Positions 8,443-18,625 of a stretch of DNA of 64,000 bases are shown piece after piece. This DNA comes from Nitrospira japonica (lineage in GTDB: Bacteria > Nitrospirota > Thermodesulfovibrionia > UBA6902): contig DYJL01000015.1 of assembly GCA_020723105.1 (NCBI GenBank), forward strand, positions 2,029-66,028, in the 5' to 3' direction. The position numbers were made by a program, and so were the translations under genes. Position 1 is the first letter of the stretch, and each line of letters begins with the position of its first letter. Under the pieces are notes generated by a model, which was not told where the DNA came from, did no database searches, and saw only the letters and a list, made by a program, of their open reading frames with translations.

Positions 8443-9525
8443 ATGTTAAAAGCCTCTGACCACATAAAAAGCATCAAACCGTATGTCCCGGGAAAGCCGA
8501 TTGAAGAACTCGAAAGGGAACTCGGCATTTCAGACTCAATCAAGCTCGCCTCCAATGAAAACCCCCTGGGTCCTTCACCTCTTGCGATTAAGGCCCTTTA
8601 TAATAGTGTGAATGATTTAAACAGGTACCCTGACGGAAATTGCTATCATCTCAGACAGGTGTTGTCAGAAAAATTGCAAGTCCAGCCAGAAGAAATAGTG
8701 TTCGGCAACGGTTCCAATGAAATTATCGAACTTGCAGTCAGGACGTTTCTCTGTCCGGGAGATGAAGCCCTGATGGCACATCCCTCTTTTGTTGTCTATT
8801 CAACAATTGTGCAGGCTGTGCAAGGTAACAATATAGTGGTCCCCTTAAAAAACTGGCGGCACGATCTGCAAAAAATGGCCTCAAAGGTAACAAAAAAGAC
8901 AAAGATTGTTTTTATTGCAAATCCCAATAACCCAACAGGCACCATCAATACAAAAGCGGAACTGAATACCTTTATGAAGAGAATCCCAAAAAAGATTTTA
9001 GTCATTGTTGATGAGGCCTATTATGAATATGTTGCCTCATCAGATTATGCAGACAGCATGAAATATTTCAGGGAGGGCCGGAATATACTTATTCTCAGGA
9101 CCTTTTCTAAAATATACGGACTCGCTGGTTTGAGAATTGGATACGGGATAGCAGGAGCTGAAATAATTGACGCAATGAACAGGATACGTCAGCCGTTTAA
9201 TGTTAATTCTCTTGCGCAGAGGGCTGCTGTTGCTGCATTGAAAGATGAAAAGCATCTTGAAAAAACAAAGCTGACAAATGAAAAAGGCAAAGAGTACCTT
9301 TATAAAGAACTTGAGGCCCTGAAGATTACTTATATACCAACAGAAGCCAATTTTATTTACATTCTCTTAAAGGACATGACCTCTGTTGAAATATATAATT
9401 CTCTCCTTGGAAAAGGGGTAATTATAAGGCCTATGGGCGAAAATACAATACGTGTTACAATAGGACTCCCAAAAGAGAACAGGAAATTTATAAAGGCGTT
9501 ACAGGAGGCAGTATGGACATTATAG
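8443..9525 (+). CDS. hisC: histidinol-phosphate / aromatic aminotransferase (class II)
   Basis: [12 protein letters not shown] motif and [18 protein letters not shown]-lysine motif. Embedded in the aromatic amino acid operon. Confidence 0.85.
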   Translation: MLKASDHIKSIKPYVPGKPIEELERELGISDSIKLASNENPLGPSPLAIKALYNSVNDLNRYPDGNCYHLRQVLSEKLQVQPEEIVFGNGSNEIIELAVRTFLCPGDEALMAHPSFVVYSTIVQAVQGNNIVVPLKNWRHDLQKMASKVTKKTKIVFIANPNNPTGTINTKAELNTFMKRIPKKILVIVDEAYYEYVASSDYADSMKYFREGRNILILRTFSKIYGLAGLRIGYGIAGAEIIDAMNRIRQPFNVNSLAQRAAVAALKDEKHLEKTKLTNEKGKEYLYKELEALKITYIPTEANFIYILLKDMTSVEIYNSLLGKGVIIRPMGENTIRVTIGLPKENRKFIKALQEAVWTL

Positions 9526-10538
9526 TTCTAAGAAAAAGTATTACCGCAAAAGAGCTTCGTCATATTATCAGGAAACTTGAAGGCAAAGGGTTTAAGGCTA
9601 ATATTTCAAAAGGGACCGAAAGAACCGTAATTGGTGTTATTGGTGACACATCAAAGATTACAGAAGACGAGGTAAATGCCTTTGCCTCGATGCCCGGTGT
9701 TGAGAAAATACACAGGATACTTCAGCCCTTCAGACTTGCAAGCCGGGATTTTAAGGCCCAGAGCACTGTCATTAAAATCGGTAAGCATGCAATTGGAGGC
9801 AAAAAAATACATGTCATAGCAGGGCCCTGTGCAGTTGAAAATCTGCCCACCCTTATTGACATAGCAAAAGAAGTAAGAAAAGCTGGCGCAACATTTATCA
9901 GGGGCGGGGCTTTTAAACCCAGAACCTCGCCATACACTTTCCAGGGGCTGGGAGAAGAAGGATTAAAGATACTCGCAGAGGCGCGTAAACAGACCGGTCT
10001 GCCTATTGTTACTGAAATCATGGACCCGAGAGATATAGACGTCATTCTCAAATATACCGATGTCATTCAGATAGGCGCAAGGAATATGCAGAATTTCAGG
10101 CTCCTTCAGGAAGTTGGCTCTCACGATAAACCGATAGTCTTGAAACGGGGACTTTCAGCAACAATAAAAGAACTTCTCATGGCTGCTGAATATATCATGG
10201 CTCAGGGGAACAACAATGTTATTCTGTGTGAGAGAGGCATCAGGACCTTTGAGACAGCAACAAGGAATACCCTTGATTTAAACGCAATTCCTGTTTTAAA
10301 AAATCTTTCCCATCTTCCCGTCATTGTAGACCCAAGTCACGGTGCAGGCCAGTGGAAACTCGTAGCCCCTATGTCAAAGGCTGCAATTGCAGCAGGCGCT
10401 GACGGCCTTATGATCGAGGTGCATACAAACCCCGAAGAGGCGTTGTCAGACGGAGAACAGTCTTTGAAACCTTCTAAATTTACAGCCCTCATGAAAGAAC
10501 TGAAAGCCGTTGCAAAGGCTGTAGGAAGAGAGATATGA
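9513..10538 (+). CDS. 3-deoxy-7-phosphoheptulonate (DAHP) synthase, type I-beta with an N-terminal regulatory domain
   Basis: KDO8P/DAHP synthase I-beta core ([24 protein letters not shown]). About 70-aa ferredoxin-like N-terminal extension. Confidence 0.85.
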   Translation: MDIIVLRKSITAKELRHIIRKLEGKGFKANISKGTERTVIGVIGDTSKITEDEVNAFASMPGVEKIHRILQPFRLASRDFKAQSTVIKIGKHAIGGKKIHVIAGPCAVENLPTLIDIAKEVRKAGATFIRGGAFKPRTSPYTFQGLGEEGLKILAEARKQTGLPIVTEIMDPRDIDVILKYTDVIQIGARNMQNFRLLQEVGSHDKPIVLKRGLSATIKELLMAAEYIMAQGNNNVILCERGIRTFETATRNTLDLNAIPVLKNLSHLPVIVDPSHGAGQWKLVAPMSKAAIAAGADGLMIEVHTNPEEALSDGEQSLKPSKFTALMKELKAVAKAVGREI

Positions 10539-11395
10539 AAATAAACTTTAAACATATCAGCATCATTGGGGTCGGCCTTATGGGCGGCTCCCTTGCCATG
10601 GCCCTTAAGGCAAAGGGCTTCAAGGGTAAAATAACCGGCATTGGAAGAAACAGGAAAAATTTAACCAAGGCAAAAAGGCTTGGCATAATAGACGACTATA
10701 CAACTGAATTTAATGAAGGCGTAAAAAATGCAGACCTGATCGTGCTTGCTGTTCCTGTGGGACAGTTTGAAGCCATTCTGAAAAATATACGCCAAAATCT
10801 AAAAAATGGCGCCACAGTTACAGATGTCGGCAGTGTGAAGGCGCAAATTGTCAAAAGACTTGAGCCTCTGATGCCAAAAGACGTATATTTTGTGGGCGCG
10901 CATCCGATCGCAGGAAAAGAATGCTCAGGGGTCACTTGTGCCTCGGCTAATCTATACCAGAATGCCAGATGCATAATTACTCCCTGTCCGCATACAAATA
11001 ATGCCGCCCTTAAAAAAGTTGTCACCCTATGGAAAACTGTCGGAGCAAAAACAATGCTCATGAACCCGGAAGAGCATGACGTGATCTTTTCTGCTGTAAG
11101 CCACCTGCCGCATGTTGTTGCATACGCATTGGTAAACGGTATTCTGAAAGTTGACGAAGCCATACTTCATCATGGAGGCAAGGGACTGAGAGACATGACA
11201 AGGATTGCGAAAAGTCCTGCAGAACTCTGGCGAGATATCTGCTCTCACAACAAAAAGAATATTCTTAGATCTCTTAAAATGTTTTCATCCTCTATTTCAA
11301 ATATTACAAAACTTATTGAAAGATCAGACTGGCAGGGACTTGAAAAAGAATTTATAAAAGCCCGGGAGGCGCGTCAGCCCCTTGAGTCAGATTAG
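10535..11395 (+). CDS. tyrA: prephenate dehydrogenase
   Basis: Rossmann motif [10 protein letters not shown]. Has the HPIAG and SHLPH motifs of the TyrA family. Confidence 0.85.
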   Translation: MKINFKHISIIGVGLMGGSLAMALKAKGFKGKITGIGRNRKNLTKAKRLGIIDDYTTEFNEGVKNADLIVLAVPVGQFEAILKNIRQNLKNGATVTDVGSVKAQIVKRLEPLMPKDVYFVGAHPIAGKECSGVTCASANLYQNARCIITPCPHTNNAALKKVVTLWKTVGAKTMLMNPEEHDVIFSAVSHLPHVVAYALVNGILKVDEAILHHGGKGLRDMTRIAKSPAELWRDICSHNKKNILRSLKMFSSSISNITKLIERSDWQGLEKEFIKAREARQPLESD

Positions 11396-12701
11396 CATTA
11401 AAAATACAGGGCCCTTACGCGGCGAAATTATTCCACCGCCGGACAAGTCCATTTCCCATCGTTCGATCATACTCTCATCCCTTGCAGAGGGAAAAAGCAT
11501 TATCCGGAATTTTTTATATGCCGAAGATCCCCTGAGTACGATTGGCGCATTTAGACAGATGGGGGTAGAGATAGAAGTTGAGGGATCAGGGGCGAGGGAT
11601 GAGGGACAAGCTATAGTAATAATCGTACATGGGAAAGGCTTATCCGGTCTGTCTGCTCCCAGAGAGGCCCTTGACTGCGGGAATTCGGGAACGACAATTA
11701 GACTGCTCTGCGGGGTGCTTGCAGGCCAGCCGTTTTCAGCAACCTTGAAAGGTGATGCCTCTCTGACCCGAAGGCCTATGAAAAGAGTCATGGATCCTCT
11801 TTCACAAATGGGCGCTGTTTTTAAATCGCAAAATGGCTATCTCCCCCTGACAGTGACCGGCGGGAAACTGAAACCGATCAATTTCAAATCTCCTGTTGCA
11901 AGCGCACAGATTAAATCAGCAATACTTCTTGCAGGACTTTACTGCGATGGAATTACCGCTGTCACAGAGCCGGAAAGGTCCAGAGACCACACTGAACGCA
12001 TGCTCAAAGCTGCCGGCGTGAATATAACAGTTGACAGACTAACAGTAAGTGTCAAAGGCAAAGCTGCAATAAGGCCTTTTGATTTTACCATCCCAAATGA
12101 TTTTTCATCGGCTGCATTTTTTATGGTAGCAGGGGTGCTTGTACCCGGTTCTGAGATATTGATAAAAAATGTTGGGGTCAATCCCACACGGACCGGCCTG
12201 CTCGAAATACTGCAGGCAATGGGCGCAAATATCAAACCTGAAAACGAAAGAGAAATATCCGGGGAACCGGTCGCTGATTTGTATGTTAAACATTCAGGCC
12301 TCTCAGGAATGGAAATCGGAGGAGATATTGTTCCCAGGACCATAGATGAATTCCCCATACTTTGCGTTGCAGCGGCTATGGCGCATGGGCCCACAAAGAT
12401 AACCGGCGCAAAGGAACTGAGGGTAAAGGAATCGGACCGGATCGCAACGATGGCAGATGCATTGCGCAAGATGCAGGTGACTGTAGAAGAACTTGAAGAT
12501 GGAATGATCATTGAAGGAGGGAAAAAGTTAAAAGCTGCATCTATTCACAGCCACGGCGATCACAGGATAGCAATGTCCATGGCAATCGCCGGACTGATGG
12601 CTGATGGAGAGACCACGATTCTGGATACAGATTGCATCGCCACATCCTTCCCGGGATTTACGGGGTTGTTGGAGAGACTGCAGAAAGATCATCTTTCTTG
12701 A
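11382..12701 (+). CDS. aroA: 3-phosphoshikimate 1-carboxyvinyltransferase (EPSP synthase)
   Basis: PPDKSISHRS, LDCGNSGTTIRLL and KESDRI motifs. TTG start overlaps the end of tyrA. Confidence 0.93.
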   Translation: MSQISIKNTGPLRGEIIPPPDKSISHRSIILSSLAEGKSIIRNFLYAEDPLSTIGAFRQMGVEIEVEGSGARDEGQAIVIIVHGKGLSGLSAPREALDCGNSGTTIRLLCGVLAGQPFSATLKGDASLTRRPMKRVMDPLSQMGAVFKSQNGYLPLTVTGGKLKPINFKSPVASAQIKSAILLAGLYCDGITAVTEPERSRDHTERMLKAAGVNITVDRLTVSVKGKAAIRPFDFTIPNDFSSAAFFMVAGVLVPGSEILIKNVGVNPTRTGLLEILQAMGANIKPENEREISGEPVADLYVKHSGLSGMEIGGDIVPRTIDEFPILCVAAAMAHGPTKITGAKELRVKESDRIATMADALRKMQVTVEELEDGMIIEGGKKLKAASIHSHGDHRIAMSMAIAGLMADGETTILDTDCIATSFPGFTGLLERLQKDHLS

Positions 12702-12740
12702 GATGTTCCTTGTTTGACTCTCTATTTGCTGTAGTCTGCT

Positions 12741-13142
12741 TCACACAAACAATGCCTCAAAATCCCTCGGAGTCACAATCTTGAAGCTCTGATAGCTCTT
12801 CAAATCCAACAGATCGGCATCCCCCGTCACAAGATAATCAGCCTTTGCCGCCACTGCACAGGCAATAATATTGTCATCAGCAGCATCCCGGCAAACATCC
12901 TTAACTTTGTGACTGTGTTCAATGACCTTATTGATCGCCTCACTAATGGGCTCCATCGCCTCTGCTATTTCCTCTTGCCCAAAATGGAATTTTTTCGAGA
13001 GAATGCGCTTAGGCTCCTGCATGATAAACGGGCACGAAATGAGTGAGAATTCGCCCGCTCGCGCCCTGTGCAATAATTTCGAGCAAATACCTTCAGTGAT
13101 AATCGCCGCAATCAGAACATTCGTATCAAATACGGCAATCAT
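12741..13142 (-). CDS. PIN-domain toxin (VapC-like, PIN_3/TIGR00305 type)
   Basis: MIAVFDTNVLI N-terminal acidic motif and C-terminal LVTGDADLL. Has a 4-nt overlap with the upstream RHH gene. Confidence 0.8.
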   Translation of the reverse strand: MIAVFDTNVLIAAIITEGICSKLLHRARAGEFSLISCPFIMQEPKRILSKKFHFGQEEIAEAMEPISEAINKVIEHSHKVKDVCRDAADDNIIACAVAAKADYLVTGDADLLDLKSYQSFKIVTPRDFEALFV

Positions 13143-13357
13143 GATATCGCTTTAAACACATCTTCTTCGCTGACTATGCCAAGCTTCTTTGCTTTCGGGC
13201 CGAGTTTTTTCTGTACTGCCTTTAGTTTCATTTCCCACAGGAACATACTGAGGGATTCTTTGACAATGTCACTCTTGTTGCGCCCGGTATTTCTCGCAAA
13301 CCTGTCAAGTTCATCGGACATGCTCTCCGGCAGGCTGACGGATAAAACTGTTCTCAT
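13139..13357 (-). CDS. ribbon-helix-helix (CopG-like) antitoxin
   Basis: 72 aa. SVSLPESMSDELDRFARNTGRNKSDIVKESL is an RHH fold signature. Translationally coupled to the PIN gene. Confidence 0.75.
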   Translation of the reverse strand: MRTVLSVSLPESMSDELDRFARNTGRNKSDIVKESLSMFLWEMKLKAVQKKLGPKAKKLGIVSEEDVFKAIS

Positions 13358-13634
13358 AAGGCACCTCCTGTATTACAATACACTACAATATTGGAAAAAG
13401 CAATCTTACTTCAGCTCAAGGTCAGTGGTCAGCCAGTCTTGTGCAAGCAAGGACTCAACCTGTCTATGCTCTTCAGGCGTAAGAGGCCGGTAGTCGAGAT
13501 ACGCAGCATAAAATTATTATTTATCTACTTCAAAAAAGTAAATAGGAAAAACCGATGTTTGTTAGATTTCCAGCCCCTGCATAGCTTAGAATTACAGATT
13601 CTGTTAATATAGACTTCATTTTGAGACATACCTG

Positions 13635-14297
13635 ATGGAACCTATGAAAACCGTAATCACCATAGACGGGCCCTCTGGCGCCGGCAAAGGCACAATAGCC
13701 AGGCTCCTTGCTAAAAAACTTGGCTATAAATATCTTGATACAGGCGCTCTGTACAGGGCTGTTGCATGGAAGGTGAGAGAAGAGAGAATTAATCTTGATA
13801 ATCATGGGGCATTGAAAAAAATGCTGGAAGATATAGAAATCTCCTTCAACGGAGATAAAATTTTCGTTGACGGCATGGATGTGTCTCTGGAAATCCGGAC
13901 CGCTGAAATCGGGGAACTGAGCTCCCAGGCTTCTGCAATTCCTGTAGTGAGAGAGGGCCTTTTCTCCTTACAGAGAAACATGTGCCTGCAGGGCCGGATT
14001 GTGATTGAAGGAAGAGACACCGGTACCACTATCTTTCCTGAAGCAGAAAATAAATTTTTTCTTGATGCGAGCATTGAAGAAAGGGCCAAAAGGAGATATG
14101 AAGAGTTAAGGATAAAAGATTCCGGAATTACTTTAGAGGCAACAATTGAAGATATTAAAAAGAGAGATCTGAGAGATTCAACACGACAAAATTCTCCCCT
14201 TCTAAAAACTGATGACATGATTTACATAGACTCAACAAGTCTGAATATTGATGAAGTTATTGAAAAGATAATTGAGAGCCTGAAGGAATCCCGATGA
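13635..14297 (+). CDS. cmk: cytidylate kinase
   Basis: ITIDGPSGAGKGT P-loop and YLDTGALYRA motif. Start could instead be the ATG at 13644. Confidence 0.93.
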   Translation: MEPMKTVITIDGPSGAGKGTIARLLAKKLGYKYLDTGALYRAVAWKVREERINLDNHGALKKMLEDIEISFNGDKIFVDGMDVSLEIRTAEIGELSSQASAIPVVREGLFSLQRNMCLQGRIVIEGRDTGTTIFPEAENKFFLDASIEERAKRRYEELRIKDSGITLEATIEDIKKRDLRDSTRQNSPLLKTDDMIYIDSTSLNIDEVIEKIIESLKESR

Positions 14298-14929
14298 TTA
14301 ATTTCTTATATAAATTTGCGCAAATCTTAATACGGATTATCCTGTGGATCAATGGCGGCGTGCTTGTTAAGGGCCAAGAAAATATTCCCCGTGAAGGAGG
14401 CGTAATCATTGCTGCAAACCATATCAGTTATATAGATCCGCCCCTGTTAGGCGCTGTGCTTCCAAGAAGGGCTGCTTTCATGGCAAGGAAGGGTTTATTT
14501 GAAATACCTTTGTTAAAATGGTTCATAAAACAGACCTCTATTCCTGTGGACCGGCAAAAGACAAGCCCGTCAACCATAAAAGAGGCTGTCAGAAGGCTGA
14601 GAAACGGAGAGGTCATTGTTCTGTTTCCTGAAGGAAGAAGGAGTGAAACAGGCGAAATCCTTGAAGCCAAGCGCGGTATAGGCATGATTGCAAGTCTTGC
14701 CAGGGTGCCGATTGTACCGGCTTTTATTAAAGGATCCAACAAGGCGCTGCCTATTAATGCCAAATGGTTGAAACGGGCTGACATAACTGTAGTATTTGAT
14801 AAGCCAATATATTATACTTCTATACGAAAAGATAACTATCCGGATAATCTTTCGCATGAAATAGTCAGCAAAGAGATCATGACAGCAATCAGTAAACTAA
14901 AAAAACAATATGCAGATAATAGTCGCTAA
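14294..14929 (+). CDS. plsC: 1-acyl-sn-glycerol-3-phosphate acyltransferase
   Basis: NHISYIDP (HX4D) and FPEGRRS acyltransferase motifs. Confidence 0.85.
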   Translation: MINFLYKFAQILIRIILWINGGVLVKGQENIPREGGVIIAANHISYIDPPLLGAVLPRRAAFMARKGLFEIPLLKWFIKQTSIPVDRQKTSPSTIKEAVRRLRNGEVIVLFPEGRRSETGEILEAKRGIGMIASLARVPIVPAFIKGSNKALPINAKWLKRADITVVFDKPIYYTSIRKDNYPDNLSHEIVSKEIMTAISKLKKQYADNSR

Positions 14930-15749
14930 AAAAGCAGGGTTTTGTTTTGGGGTCAAGCGTGCCATTGATATTACTTTTGATCTCGCTAAAGAATCCAGGA
15001 GAGGCATATTTACCTATGGCCCCTTGATTCATAACCCACAGGTAGTTGAAGAACTGAAACAAAAGGGCATAAATACAACAGATAACCTCTACTCCGGGGA
15101 TATTAGAACCCTTATCATCAGAACACACGGTGTATCACCAGAAGTGTATACTGAAACATCAAAGATGGGATATAATCTCATTGACGCTACATGTCCCTTT
15201 GTCAAAAAAGCTCAGAACTTTACAAAAAAACTGAGAGACGAAGGCTATCAGGTGCTTATAATTGGAGATAAGCATCATCCAGAAGTGCAGGGGTTAATCG
15301 GCTTTGCCGGAAGTGATGTAATTGTTGCAAATGAGGCTGACGCTCTGCCCCGGATAAAAAAGAAAGTTGGAATAATCGTTCAGACCACTCAATCCTTTGA
15401 AACCTTAAGAAAGATTGTGCTGGAGGTAATCGGGACTGCGCGGGAAGTTAAGATATACAATACTATCTGTGATTCCACCGCACAAAGAGTCAAGGAGACA
15501 AAAGAGCTTGCTAAAAAAGTAGACCTTATGCTTATTGTCGGCGGTAAAAACAGCGCCAACACAAACCAGCTTGTCAAGCTTTCAAAGGAAGTTTGCAATA
15601 AGGTATATCATATTGAAACAGCAGAGGAGCTTTCAAAGAAATGGTTAAATAAAGTCGAAAAGGTCGGTATATCAGGAGGCGCCTCAACGCCGGAATGGAT
15701 AATCAGCAGCGTTGTAAAAAAAATTAAAGAAATTTCTCTTGGGAGGTAA
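14910..15749 (+). CDS. ispH: 4-hydroxy-3-methylbut-2-enyl diphosphate reductase
   Basis: AGFCFGVKRAI, DATCPFV and NTICDST Cys motifs of IspH/LytB. Confidence 0.93.
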   Translation: MQIIVAKKAGFCFGVKRAIDITFDLAKESRRGIFTYGPLIHNPQVVEELKQKGINTTDNLYSGDIRTLIIRTHGVSPEVYTETSKMGYNLIDATCPFVKKAQNFTKKLRDEGYQVLIIGDKHHPEVQGLIGFAGSDVIVANEADALPRIKKKVGIIVQTTQSFETLRKIVLEVIGTAREVKIYNTICDSTAQRVKETKELAKKVDLMLIVGGKNSANTNQLVKLSKEVCNKVYHIETAEELSKKWLNKVEKVGISGGASTPEWIISSVVKKIKEISLGR

Positions 15750-15763
15750 TATAATATATAACT

Positions 15764-17341
15764 ATGGAAACTCAAATGAATGATTTAGAAAAACTTTATG
15801 CCAATACTTTTAAGGGATTGAAAGAACGGGCTATCGTAAAAGGCAATGTCTTACAGGTAAAGCCAGACGGAATTATAGTAGACGTGGGAACCAAGTGCGA
15901 GGGTTTTATACCACTTGGCGAACTTCTGGAAGATGATATCAATCATCTGAAACCGGGAGATAACATTGAGGTCTTTGTTGTAAATCTGAATGATTCTGAC
16001 GGTTTTGTAAAGCTGTCCAGGCAAAAGGCTGAAGGAATCAGGACGTGGGACATGCTTGAGAATGCCTTTAGTAAAGGCCTGTCTGTAGACGGCAGGATCA
16101 CTGGAAAGGTCAAAGGAGGCATGACTGTAACCATTGGCGGAGTAAACGCCTTTTTGCCAGGCTCCCAGATAGATTTGAAATCCATAAAAAATACTGATTC
16201 TCTTATCGGGCAGAACTGCACATTCAAAATAATCAATATTAATCACAAAGGCTCCAACGTAATAGTTTCAAGGCGCATTCTCCTTGAAGAACAGCGTAGT
16301 AAACTCAGGGAAGAAACAGTGCACCAGCTTAAAGAGGGAGCGCTTGTCAAAGGCATAATCAAAAACCTTACTGATTATGGCGCCTTTATTGATCTTGGCG
16401 GCATTGACGGTCTGCTTCATATATCCGACATGTCATGGGGAAGGATCAGCCATCCCGGCGAGTTATTCAGCGTTGGTGATACCGTTGAAGTAATTGTTCT
16501 CACATTTAATCCTGAAACAGGGAAGGTGACTCTCGGATACAAACAGAAAAGACCCGATCCCTGGACCTCAGTAGAAGAAAAATATCCTGTTGGCAAAAAA
16601 GTGATGGGAAAAGTAATTACAACTACGGACTATGGTATATTCATTGAACTCGAAGAAGGGCTTGAAGGTCTTATACATGTAAGCGAAATAGACTGGGTGG
16701 AAAAGTCTATTAAACCCTCAAAATATTTTTCGGTTGGGGACCAGGTTGAAGCCGTTATTCTGAAAGTTAACAAGGAAGATAAAAAAATATCCTTAAGCAT
16801 AAAACAGCTCAAACAAAATCCGTGGGAAACTGTAAAAGACAAATACGTTGTAGGACAAAAGATATCCGGCAGAGTAAAAAGCTTTGCTGACTTCGGAGCC
16901 TTTATCGCCCTTGACGAAGGGGTTGACGCACTCCTTCACATATCGGACTTATCGTGGCTGAAACGCATAAAGCATCCTTCAGATGTACTCAAAAAAGGGC
17001 AGCAGCTTGATGTTGTGGTTTTAAGTTTCGAGCCTGAAAAGGAGCGTATTTCCGTGGGACTCAAGGAGCTGTCTCCGGATCCGTGGCTTCATGAAATCCC
17101 CAATAAATACAAGGTCGGAGATACTGTAACTGGCAAGGTAGCAAACATTACTGACTTTGGCATCTTTATGGAGCTTGAGGACGGGATAGAAGGTTTAATT
17201 CACAAATCTGAAATAGAGAAAAAGCACGATGAAAAGATCGAAGACCTCTTCAAAACAGGGACGGAACTGACTGCAAGGGTGATAAATATCAATCCCGCCG
17301 AGCGAAAAATGGATCTTAGCCTGAAAACAATGATAGGCTGA
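15764..17341 (+). CDS. rpsA: 30S ribosomal protein S1
   Basis: Six S1 repeats (G.V...T.FGAF..L..G..GL.H.S. pattern). cmk...rpsA-ihfB synteny. Confidence 0.93.
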   Translation: METQMNDLEKLYANTFKGLKERAIVKGNVLQVKPDGIIVDVGTKCEGFIPLGELLEDDINHLKPGDNIEVFVVNLNDSDGFVKLSRQKAEGIRTWDMLENAFSKGLSVDGRITGKVKGGMTVTIGGVNAFLPGSQIDLKSIKNTDSLIGQNCTFKIININHKGSNVIVSRRILLEEQRSKLREETVHQLKEGALVKGIIKNLTDYGAFIDLGGIDGLLHISDMSWGRISHPGELFSVGDTVEVIVLTFNPETGKVTLGYKQKRPDPWTSVEEKYPVGKKVMGKVITTTDYGIFIELEEGLEGLIHVSEIDWVEKSIKPSKYFSVGDQVEAVILKVNKEDKKISLSIKQLKQNPWETVKDKYVVGQKISGRVKSFADFGAFIALDEGVDALLHISDLSWLKRIKHPSDVLKKGQQLDVVVLSFEPEKERISVGLKELSPDPWLHEIPNKYKVGDTVTGKVANITDFGIFMELEDGIEGLIHKSEIEKKHDEKIEDLFKTGTELTARVININPAERKMDLSLKTMIG

Positions 17342-17350
17342 TTAGAATAA

Positions 17351-18199
17351 ATGAAAAAGATTTTGATTTTTTTTGCTGTTATTTTCGTATGCATTGTAAT
17401 TCTGAGCCTCATGCTTACATTCACCCGCACAGTTCCGTTAGGAGAGAAAATTGCTCTCGTGCGCATTACAGGTGTAATTCTTGATTCAACTGAGGTTATT
17501 GAGGAGCTGAAGGAATACGCAAACAATAATTCCATAAAAGCCATTGTCCTCAGGATTGACAGTCCCGGCGGGGCCGTAGCTCCGTCTCAGGAAATATATG
17601 AAGAAATCGTAAAGATAAAAGCAAAGAAAAAAGTCGTGGTATCAATGGGCACTGTAGCAGCTTCAGGCGGCTATTATATTGCAGCCCCTGCAGATAAAAT
17701 AGTGGCAAATGCCGGAACACTTACAGGCTCTATCGGTGTGATTATGGAACTACCGAATATTTCAGGCCTTATGCGAAAAATAGGCGTGGAAACACAGGTT
17801 ATAAAAAGCGGAGCGCATAAAGATATCGCATCCATATTCAAATCCTTAAAGCCGGAAGAAAAACAGATTTTGCAGGACGTACTTGATGATGTGCATAATC
17901 AATTCATCACAGCCGTATCAGAAGGAAGAAACAAGAAATTTGAAGAGATTAAAAAAGTTGCTGACGGAAGGATATTCACCGGAAGAATGGCAAAAGAACT
18001 CGGACTTGTTGATGAATTGGGAAATCTTCAGGATGCTATCAGGCTGGCATCTGACTTAACAGGCATAAAGGGTGAACCACAGGTTGTTGAGAAAAAGGAA
18101 GAGTTCAGCTTTGTTGATATATTAAAAAGTGAGCTTTCCGGAAAGCTGATGGAAAATGTCTTTCATGGCGTCAGCCTGAAATATTTAATGACACCATAA
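17351..18199 (+). CDS. sppA: signal peptide peptidase SppA (36K type)
   Basis: N-terminal TM helix. RIDSPGG and AASGGYYIA serine protease motifs. Confidence 0.88.
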   Translation: MKKILIFFAVIFVCIVILSLMLTFTRTVPLGEKIALVRITGVILDSTEVIEELKEYANNNSIKAIVLRIDSPGGAVAPSQEIYEEIVKIKAKKKVVVSMGTVAASGGYYIAAPADKIVANAGTLTGSIGVIMELPNISGLMRKIGVETQVIKSGAHKDIASIFKSLKPEEKQILQDVLDDVHNQFITAVSEGRNKKFEEIKKVADGRIFTGRMAKELGLVDELGNLQDAIRLASDLTGIKGEPQVVEKKEEFSFVDILKSELSGKLMENVFHGVSLKYLMTP

Positions 18200-18239
18200 T
18201 AGAAATTTTAAATTTCAAATTTTTTATTCGGAGGAAATT

Positions 18240-18521
18240 ATGACAAAGTCGGTTCTTATTGAGAAGATCGCAGAAAAAATGGAGGGTTTATCAAAAAAGC
18301 AGGTAGAAGTTATCGTAGAGACTGTATTTGAAAGCATCAAGGAAGCGCTTGCAACAGGCGGCAAGGTTGAGATTAGAGGCTTTGGTAATTTCAGGCTCCG
18401 CAACAGAAATGCAAGAAAAGCCAGGAACCCCAAGACAGGCGCATCTGTCAGCGTACCTCCAAAAAAGGTCCCGTTTTTCAAGGTCGGCAAGGAACTGCGT
18501 GAGATGGTGAACAAAGCTTAG
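18240..18521 (+). CDS. ihfB: integration host factor beta-like (HU/IHF family)
   Basis: MTKS.LIEKIA ... IRGFGNF ... RNPKTG ... FKVGKELRE. Sits after rpsA, as in E. coli. Confidence 0.75.
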   Translation: MTKSVLIEKIAEKMEGLSKKQVEVIVETVFESIKEALATGGKVEIRGFGNFRLRNRNARKARNPKTGASVSVPPKKVPFFKVGKELREMVNKA

Positions 18522-18625
18522 TGAACGTATTTTAACTTGAGATCCTTTTACTTCCCATTTCCTACTTCTTACTTAAATAAGTCAGTGTAAGTCAGTGGCT
18601 AAATGCTGTTTTTTAAGATCAACAC

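Noticed and set aside
11575-11625. Possible ~10-aa G-rich insertion (GSGARDEGQA, ggggcgagggatgaggg) in AroA that resembles the GGATTAGGGG repeat family
   Set aside because: The similarity to the repeat family is weak. I cannot align against orthologues here, and the loop between these beta strands is variable in EPSP synthases.
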